Source: Octopus sinensis
Lineage: Eukaryota
Assembly: GCF_006345805.1 (NCBI RefSeq)
Contig: NC_043000.1
Location: 102,734,001 to 102,798,000, forward strand
Direction: 5' to 3'
DNA length: 64,000 bases
A program made the translations under genes and the position numbers. The notes under the pieces are model-generated. The model saw only the letters and a program-made list of their open reading frames with translations. It was not told the origin of the DNA and did no database searches. This document shows, piece after piece, positions 55,036-64,000 of the stretch. Every line of letters starts with the position of its first letter. The stretch's first letter is position 1.

Positions 55036-55559
55036 ATAATAGTACAACTGCCACTACTACTTGTGTTATTATTGTTGGTGTTATTATTATCATTATTATT
55101 GTTATTACTACTATTGTTATTGTTATTATTATTATTTGAACAACTGGTAAAGTTTGAACCAGCTCCACTAATGGAAGAAGCACCAATAAATGTGCTTGAT
55201 GTAATGATTGGAGAATTCGGTGAGTGCTGAGCAGTTGTTGACATTAATTCAGTTTGTTGCTGGTGTTGCTGTTGCTGTTGTTGTTGTTGCTGTTGCTGCT
55301 GCTGTTGTTGTTGTGGCTGCTGCTGTCCTGTCTGAACAGAAAGCTGGTTATTGGTGGGTGTGGTAGACCGAGCCTGTGCTTGCGCCTGAGCCTGTGCTTG
55401 AGCCCACTTTGGTAAAATCCTTCGTCGTGCATTGGTGAACCAGTAGTTGATCTGATTGATAGTCAGACCGGTTTGCTTTATAAGCATGGCCTTCTCGTCA
55501 TCATTGGGATAAGGGTTATCTTTATGATTTCGTAGCCATTCTAGCATTATTGCCACAGC
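54723..55559 (-). CDS. TALE-class homeobox gene, terminal coding exon (most of the homeodomain plus low-complexity C-terminus)
   Basis: Acceptor ctttattgtag|[55 protein letters not shown] contains the PYP loop and WFxNARRR. TAA at 54725-54723. Confidence 0.95.
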
Positions 55560-57935
55560 CTACAATAAAGGAGAATAGCAATAAAATCAGTTATCAATCA
55601 TGGAAAATATTAAGAAAATGAAATAATTATATATATATAAAAAATAAAATAAACCCTAGAATTTACACATACAGAAAACTGCATTATGAGGCACTAACAG
55701 TGCACATATCAAAGATACACAATACTGCATTACACTCAGTTCTGCTGTGAATGTATGCAATAAACATAACTGAAATAAATATTTCTAACATGGGCACAAG
55801 GCCAGAAATCTGGGGAGAGCGGTTCAACTCCAGTACTTCATGGTACTTTATATTAAAAACTGTGGAAGGATGAAAGAGACAGTTGACTTTATAGGGATTA
55901 GAACTCAAACAAACACCACGAGGTATTTATTTATAGGTGCTTTAACAATTCTGTCAATCATCCCTCATTATGATAACTAAGAACTGCTGGTGGCACAAAA
56001 AAGGTACCAAGTACATGCTTTGAAACGGTTGGCATTAAGAAGGGCATCCAACTGTAGAAACCATGCCAAAGCAGACACGAGAGCATGATGCAGTTCTTGA
56101 ATCCATCAGATCCTTGTCAAACCAGCCAACTCATACCACCATGGAACATGGACGGATGCTAAATGATGATGAAAAATGATATTGTAACCTAGGCACGAAG
56201 CCAGAAATTTAGAAGAGAACACATTTGATCACTGCACTTAACTGGTAACTATGTTATCAACATTGGAAGGATGGAAGGAACAGATGACATCAGAAAGAAA
56301 TGAACCCAGAATGTAAAGTAATGTAATGAATGGAAACCACAAGTGAAATAGGTGGTGATAGGATCGACTATCAAGCTGTAGGAATCATGTCTAAAAAAAC
56401 TAAATAACGGAGAAGTGAACTCCATAAGCCACACTGTAATAGATAATGAAAAGGCCAGCATATCCAAATAAAATCTTATACAATGTAGTGAGGAGTGATT
56501 CAGCTTTTCCACTGAGGAATCATCTAATCCTTGTGAAGTGGAAGAGACCTTTTGAAACTCGTCCAATCAAAGCAAGCTAAGGAAAAACAAATGTGAAAAT
56601 GATAGCAATCGTTGTGATATTTTCTTCACCACAATTCCAATTTAGCTAATCTGCCACCCTTTTTATGCTACAAATACAGTATTTTTCTGTATTTTAAAAA
56701 AATCTTTAGTAATAATAATTTAGGCACAAGGGACAAGAATTTTGGTGGGGAGGAGAACTTTTTTTTTCATTGACCCTTGGAAGGATAAAGGTAAATCCTG
56801 ATCTGGATTTGAACTAAAATGGAACAAATATTGTAAGGTGTTTTGTCCAATATTCTAACACTTCTTCCAATCCACAGCATAAAAAAAAAAGCTCATTTGA
56901 TGTCTGTTCTTCCATTAGTTGAAGACTGAGCCATTATTTTGCAATTGGATTTTTACTCGTCACTAAAACTTTTTTTTTTTTACTTTTAAAGGATTTTTAT
57001 TCTGCTTGTCTTAGAATAAGCAGAAATTTGGGGGCAATATGCTGACAGGGTGATTTCCCACACACATGCCAGGGCAAATGGCTTCTATACTGGGACTGAA
57101 CCTGGAACCATGTGGTTGTTTAAACAAACTTCTTAACTGCACAGCCATGCATAATGATGATTAGTATAGGCCAGAAATTTGAGGTAGCTGCAACAGTTGA
57201 TTATCCTGAGTACAGTACTTGATAGGTACTTTATTCTATTGACACCTGGTAGGATTTGTACAATAAGAACTGGAACAAATACTTGGAAGTATCCAATCCA
57301 ATGCCATTACCACATATTTTCAAAGAAAAAATTGTCAATCTCACAAGTAGGTGAAAATATGTTATGATACTTGCATGTAAAATTATTTTAATTTTGGTAA
57401 TTTGTACAAATTTTAATTTCTTTTTTACCCTTTCCGAACACTTCACCTGAAATTTTTCTATAACAAGGTCTAAAGAAATTTGGATGCTTTCTCATGAATG
57501 TGGAGGCAATGTATAAGTGTTTAGCATCATCCAATTCTACCATACAAAAGATATATTGCTATTTATTCAACTATATACACACATACAGTTATATATATTT
57601 ATACACACAAATAGCATTCCAAGACTACCAAATTTCTTTGATTGAGTTATCATTATTCCCATTAGCTGTTAAATAAACAGGTGTATACCTCAATTACACT
57701 AGGTATTCATGAGAGATGGCATGAGCTCAACAGGTGCAGTTTCCACTTAGCATTGGCAACTGATGGATGTAGATGATGGAGATATTTACACACACACACA
57801 CACAACAATATTAGATTCACGAATGAGTCAACTGCTAGTTGTTTATATAACACCTCTCTGTCCTTTATCTAAGATATTTATTTCTGTATGTTCCATATTG
57901 ATAAAGAATCCAATAGAACTATTTATGTGACATAC

Positions 57936-58046
57936 CTCTTTAGGCAAACTAGGATGTTTCTTTGATTCTGATTTGGCACTATGGTTACTGCTACTGCTTA
58001 CAACACTACCAGTGTCACTCATGCTGTCTGGTTGCTCTTTTAAAAC
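57936..58046 (-). CDS. TALE homeobox gene, internal coding exon (N-terminal arm, ..SKKHPSLPKE)
   Basis: Acceptor tcttttgtag and donor GAG|gtatgt. 111 nt, phase 0-0, joining in frame to give LPKE|AVAIM. Confidence 0.9.
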
Positions 58047-59767
58047 CTACAAAAGACAGAGAAAAAAAACAACATTTATATGAAAACAAACAGCCAGATA
58101 GCATGCTTTAGGTGAACTACTTTTTAGTCAGAGTTAAATTCAAATCAAAAGAAAGAAGTAAAACATTAATTACTAATTAAAGTTTACCATTGATTTGTGG
58201 CCAAGGCAACTTAAAAATAAACAATTCCAGCCATGGCAAATCTTGAGAATACTTAAGTTTCAGAGAAGGAGGTGCAGGCATACAAAATTTGTTTTCCTTG
58301 GAATCACTCACTGCTTAAGGTCTGATTAGAATATTAATCATGAATAAACTAACCCAACCCATAATGGATAAAAAAAAATTGTTTGTATTGCAAAAACTCT
58401 TGTATAGAGGGAGTGGATGGTCAAATTAAGAAATGAGAAATTCACTACACTGACCCAGTAATTATAACAACAGACAATTCTTCTTGGCTATGCTATCATT
58501 CAGCCAAACAATATTGTTGTAGATAGATAGATAGAAGCTAACTTTTGCGAAACTAAAAATAGTAAATGACAGACAAGTAAGATATGAAGCCAAATTGTGT
58601 AGAAATAAAAATAAAATGTAGAAAAAATAAAAAATAAAAAAAATATAAAAAGCCATTTTTTTTTTCTCATTTACTTCTCAAAATCAAAGAAACTGAACAG
58701 AAATACAAAACCCCAAAGTCCAGTACCATGAAACCATAATTAACAAAATAACAAACTTAAACATAAAACATGTTTTTCCAGATGTAAAGCATCCATTAAT
58801 GGTTTTTATTTAATAACTAAGACTAAGGAAACCAGGAAATGGCCATCACCATTTTTAGTGCCACTGAGATTGGTCAGAAGGAGTTCAACCCAAAACCAGT
58901 CACTTAGCATGAACACTTCCAACAAACAGGACTCTGTTTGAGGCATCTGTAAGCCAGTTGATTCAGCAAAACAGAAATGATCCCAAATTTTAACCATAAA
59001 AGTCAACCTGAAGCTATAGAAGAAGACACTTGTCTAAAATGTTAAGTGGTGGGATTGAACCTGAAACCATGTGGTTACAAAGTGAACTTTTAACCATAAA
59101 ACTTTGCTTGCACCATAACAATAATTAATGGTTGCAACTCCCTCACTTTTGTTTTACTGTAAAATTTTACCCAAAGTATTTTAAGCTACTCCATGGTGGT
59201 ACTCCAGCATGACCATGGTCACATGGCTGAAATGAGTAAAAGAGTATAAAATAGTAGGTTCTTTAGAATTTAAATTAATGTTTATGTCCCCTACCCACCC
59301 ATAATTACCAGCTACAGAATAATCTTTTACTTGGTTTATAAAAAAAAGCATTATAGTCTTTCTGAGTTCAAATTCTGCCGAGGTCAGCTTTGACTTTCAT
59401 CCTTTTAGGTGAGCACTGGGGGTCAATGTAACTGACTTACTCCCTTCTCTGAAATTGCTGACCTTGTGCCAAAATTTGAAACTATGATTATCATTATTAT
59501 AATGATTATTATTACTATTATTATTTTAAGGTGGCAAACTGGGAGAATCATTAGCACACTGGGCAAAGTGATTAGCATTATTCCACCTGTCACTGCATTC
59601 TGAGTTCAAATTCTGCAAAGGCCGGCTCTGCCTTTCATCCTTTTGGACTCGGCAAATTAAGTACCAGTGAAACACTGGGGTCGATGCAATCAACTAGTCC
59701 CCTCCCCCAAATTTCAGGCCTTGTGCCTATGGTAGAAAGGATTATTATTATTATTATTATTACATAC

Positions 59768-59893
59768 CTCTAAAGGTAAACGAGGGCCTTTTGTTGGGTC
59801 TGTCAAGAAAGCATTTCTGCAGAAAACCTGGTTACCACATGGTTGACCACTACTAGCTGAATTACCATGGATACAAGCTCCAGGATCCATTGA
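59768..59893 (-). CDS. TALE homeobox gene, probable first coding exon (ATG at 59890)
   Basis: Acceptor cttcctttctag and donor GAG|gtatgt. 126 nt open in phase 0: SMDPGACIHG..RLPLE. Confidence 0.75.
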
Positions 59894-59997
59894 CTAGAAA
59901 GGAAGTAATGAGAGAGAATATTTAAAACCAAAGTCTAAGTAACCAATTTCCAATAGCTCCCATGTTTCCTTGCTATCTTTGTGGAATACATATACAA

Positions 59998-60029
<32 letters not shown>

Positions 60030-60489
60030 TATTCCTCAAATATTCACAACGATTCACTGGATAACAAGCAACATTTCAATTTTAGTCCTAAAGCAAATGA
60101 GATATTTTCAAACTTTAAAATCGCTCTTTTCATTAATGCATATATTCTAAAAGAATGGAGCTAAATATATAATAAATTATTTTACTGGAAAAACATATAT
60201 TAAGGCACAAAAATATTTTTAAGTCAAACATTTCGGACACCACTGATTATACTTGTAATAATATTGGTTTCAAATTTTGGCACAGGGTCTGCAATTTCTG
60301 AGAAGCGTGTAAGGTGATTGCATTGGCCACAGTACTCAAAGGATGAAAGGCAAACTTCAACATTGGCAGAATTTGAACTCAGAATGTAAAGACAGGTGAA
60401 ATGCCACTAAGCATTATACCTGGCATGCTAATAATTTTACCAGCTCACCACCTTAATCATATTCATAACATTAAACAGCATTCTTTTTT

Positions 60490-60701
60490 TCTTATTCTTT
60501 TATTCTTTAACTTGCTTCCGTCATTTGACTGTGGCCATGCTGGAGCACCACATTTAGTTAGACAAATCGACCCCAGGACTTAAACTATTGGTCTCTTTTG
60601 CTGGACCGCTAAGTGACGGGACGTAAACACACCAACATCAGTTGTCATACGATGGTGGTGGTGGTGGTGGTGGTGGGGACAAACAGATACAAATAACAAA
60701 G

Positions 60702-60736
<35 letters not shown>

Positions 60737-60868
60737 CGACGGACTTCTTTCAGTTTTCGCCTACCAAATCCACTCACAAGACACTTGCCCAAGGTGCCAT
60801 GCAGTGGGGTTGAACCTGGAACCATGTGGTTGGGAAGCAAGCTTCTTACCACACAGCCACTCCTGCAT
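60490..60868 (-). mobile_element. SINE family A in intron
   Basis: Consensus with deletions. Confidence 0.85.
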
Positions 60869-61185
60869 GGCTAAAATACATTTAGGAGAGGGTACAATCA
60901 ATTCTGTCAACCTTGGAAGAATGAAAGCTAAATTTGACTCCAGTGGGATTTAAACCAAAACCATTAACGGATGTAACTAAATATCACCTGTCGACTGCTC
61001 TACTAATTCTGGCTTTTACCACTTTTATGTTAGATATAGTATTAACCCTTTTGATACGAACCCCCTGAGACTGCCCCACTATGTAGAGACCCCTTCCTTG
61101 ACTTGTCAGTTATTCGATACAATACATATGCAAATAGACACATATATCTGTCATAAGGTAATGTTTCTCTAGTGCAAGCAGCTAC

Positions 61186-61251
61186 CTATAGAAGACTGTA
61201 CCCCGGGTTGGCAGTTTTCAGATTTGAAGAGAGGCTTTCAAATGAAAACAC
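61186..61251 (-). other. Candidate 5'UTR exon of the TALE gene
   Basis: Very long polypyrimidine tract ending cttaag|GTG. Donor TAG|gtagct, with an alternative donor at 61201. Confidence 0.45.
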
Positions 61252-61624
61252 CTTAAGATAAATAAAGAAAGCAAGATAGAAATGAAGACAGAGAGGTAAG
61301 GAAGAGAGTGTAAAATATTAAGTTGCCGAATATTAATTATATCCTGATATAAGTTTCAGTAATTTTATCTTTCAAGTCTATTTAGGTATCTTACTGGTAG
61401 GTGTAACATATATAGGAGAGCTGTTGCTAAAACAATTTCAACAGTAGCCTTAGGATATTTCCTGGGGCAATGAGAGAAGGGAGGAAAGGATAGATAGAGG
61501 AGAGGAAATGAGAGGGAGAAAAGGAAAGGTTGTGTGTGTGTGTGTGTGCGCGCGCGCTTGTGTATATGTTAGGCAGTTTGAATTTGTAAGGCCAGGTTGA
61601 TTCTTGATTTCTCTCTTTACATAC

Positions 61625-61713
61625 TCTCCTTCTTCATAGTTGCCTGCAATCTTTTCTGATGGCAGACAATAAGTAATGAAGCCTACCATGATGACTTCCT
61701 TTGGCACACTCAA
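61625..61713 (-). other. Candidate 5'UTR exon of the TALE gene with uORF start (ATG 61689)
   Basis: Acceptor ctttatgtag and donor AGA|gtatgt. In-frame TGA upstream of the main ATG. Confidence 0.45.
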
Positions 61714-61980
61714 CTACATAAAGACAAAAGCCTTCAGTAATTAGCCACCCAGTGGCCCATTAAAGATGATTACCAGATGTTTTCCATATCTCACACACAC
61801 ACACAAATAACAACCATTGTACATCCTTTCCCAATGATTGTATGGGTGAAATAGTTTACTGGTTTGAACATTTGTGTTTCTTTTCCCCTCTACAGCTGAA
61901 TGCTGCTCTTCCTACTGCTAACCACTGAACTGTGAAGTGGGCTGTTTTTATTTATTTATCCTCAACATCAACATCATCAT

Positions 61981-62011
<31 letters not shown>

Positions 62012-62679
62012 AGCAGCCAAGCAAACTACATTAAGCAGTAAACAGCTATTAGGTATCTGGCTTAGGTGTACAAAACAAGACAATTGCAATATCCTAAACT
62101 TCTGGCTACTGGTTTAGTGGGCTAACACTTTTAACCTCACAGTCAAATATAGATGCTCTTACATTAATTACCCTTTCAAGTCATTTTTCACAAAGCTCTT
62201 TAGTTTTAATTATGCAAATTCCTCTATGATAGAAATGTACTAAATAATTTTTGAATACATAAAAGTTTAAAAATTGATCTGGAGGCAAGTTACAATTAAA
62301 CTAATATGATGAGGTCAAATTCATACTGAAACACAGTGTCCCTAATTGTCCCTAGTCTCTAAACAAATAGCAGACTTTTCTTTTGTTTCCCAAGTATGCT
62401 CATCCAATTAAGAATATATTTTTGATATCTTCAAATTCCCTCCCTTCCTACTTTCAGCACTGCTAATGATTACTGCTGGAGGCCGTAGCCCAGCATATCA
62501 TACCATTTTGGAATCAGGCCAACTCTGTGAGTAAATTAAAAACATTCCAGACCGAATCTGGACCTATAATCCTGAAATTCTGGATACCCAAGTTTTCCTA
62601 ACTTGGAAATAAATTTTGAGAATAATTGAAATTAATTGCAAAATCCAGCGATTATTTTCTGCAATTTTTTTTACTTAAT

Positions 62680-62775
62680 TTTTTTGTGACGAATATGACC
62701 ATCATTGGGATATGATTCTGGAGGAAGCAATTGCAACAAATTCTCCAAAACAAGTCAGAGATCTGTTTGCAGAAC
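62680..62775 (+). mobile_element. Short Helitron RepHel coding remnant
   Basis: DHHWDMILEEAIATNSPKQVRDLFA resembles the Helitron W..TLEEA..SP.QLR.LFA motif. Confidence 0.6.
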
Positions 62776-64000
62776 TTCACATTTGGGTTCAGTAACTTAG
62801 AAGCTGCACCATCGGGTGGTTGAAGTTTTGCGTATCAAATTAAGCAGAAGTTTGTGTCATTTGGTCCCTATGCATGTTTCACTATTGTGGTTATTGTAAC
62901 CTCTGCATTGCAATTGCATGCAAAATGACAACAGATCATCAGGGGAACACTTTGTTGCACTATGTTACGCAGATCCAAAGCTTATATGTGTGTGTGCAAT
63001 ATGTGTCTGTAATTGTGTTTCTCTCAGCTTGATAACCAGTATGTTAGTAAAAAGGAGCTAAGTCAATAATAAGTGCTAGACTTAAAAATTTGGGTTCAAT
63101 TTGAGTAAGTAAAACCTTCAAAGCAGTGCTCCAGCATGGAAACAATTCAATGAATGAAACAAGTAAAAGAGTATTAACACACACACACACATTTATATAT
63201 AGCTTCTATATAAGCCAGCAAAAATTAATTAAGTGAAATTAATACACAACAAAAGATAATTACTTCTCTGTTAAAGAAAAAAAAAAAAGAAACTAAGAAA
63301 AATCTGCCAATCTCTGTCAATAAATAGTTATTTAGACTGACTTGGGCCATAAAATACCTTAATATAGATAATAAAAAAAATCCTAATGTGGGGGAGAATG
63401 GTGGCGGGGTAGTCTTCATTACACAAAACTAAAATCCATTAATTTATGTGCAATGATAAGGAAAACAGCAGAACCATGCTGATAAAGTTACAAGGACTGG
63501 ATATATATATATATATACATACACACACTAGAACTTATGCTTGTACCAAAATTACTCCCATGGGTCTTTAATAAAAAAAAGAAGAAAAAATGAAGTGGGA
63601 GGAGGAGGAACCAATAAGGGTTAGCAAAAGAATTCAGCTGGCAGAGTAAGGAAAATGTAGTTTATTCCTTTTCCTGATTATACAATTCTAGCCATAGTCA
63701 TGTTGGCTTTGCCATGCAGCTAAGTTTTGCGTATCAAATTTCAAGAACTCCTGTTCAGTATATTGCCTTGTTAACTAGTTGGCAGCAGTATCGGACCCTC
63801 TCTCTGTTACATGGGTTGCCAGAGATAAAACATGAACAACAAAAGCCAGCGTCAACAGTTAAACACACAAATACATACACATACACACAAACATACGCAA
63901 CATAGCACAAAGCAAAGCATAGAATAATGAGTCGATGAAGAAAGTTCTATGTGTTCTCAGGGCCAGCTAGAAATACCAGCTAAATCACATTAAAATCACA

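Noticed and set aside
54863-55432. ORFs overlapping the homeobox exon in other frames or strand
   Set aside because: By-products of trinucleotide repeats.
56249-56566. 105-aa intronic ORF on the gene strand
   Set aside because: No splice signals or recognisable motif.
61896-61930. Plus-strand acceptor followed by LNAALPTANH-stop
   Set aside because: All frames close quickly and no supported upstream exon exists.

Overview
AT-rich, microsatellite-dense eukaryotic genomic DNA. The SINE families and repeat landscape suggest an octopod cephalopod (inference). About 36 kb on the left is transposon-rich and looks intergenic: a young RLE (R4/Dong-like) LINE 3' fragment sitting in a (TAA)n tract, RTE LINE fragments, Penelope-like fragments, Helitron and piggyBac remnants, MITEs and many tRNA-derived SINEs. 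The right part holds one clear protein-coding gene on the minus strand, a divergent TALE-class homeobox gene. I reconstruct three coding exons (59890-59768, 58046-57936, 55559-54723; about 356 aa) plus candidate 5'UTR exons carrying a uORF. The most notable observations are: an atypical recognition helix (Y47/T50) in the homeodomain; a possible splice-switchable uORF; type I hammerhead ribozyme motifs at Penelope 3' ends; a fold-back Penelope structure with a templated local insertion; and a shift to CpG-decayed repeat copies from about 37 kb onward. All alignments and splice calls were made by eye.
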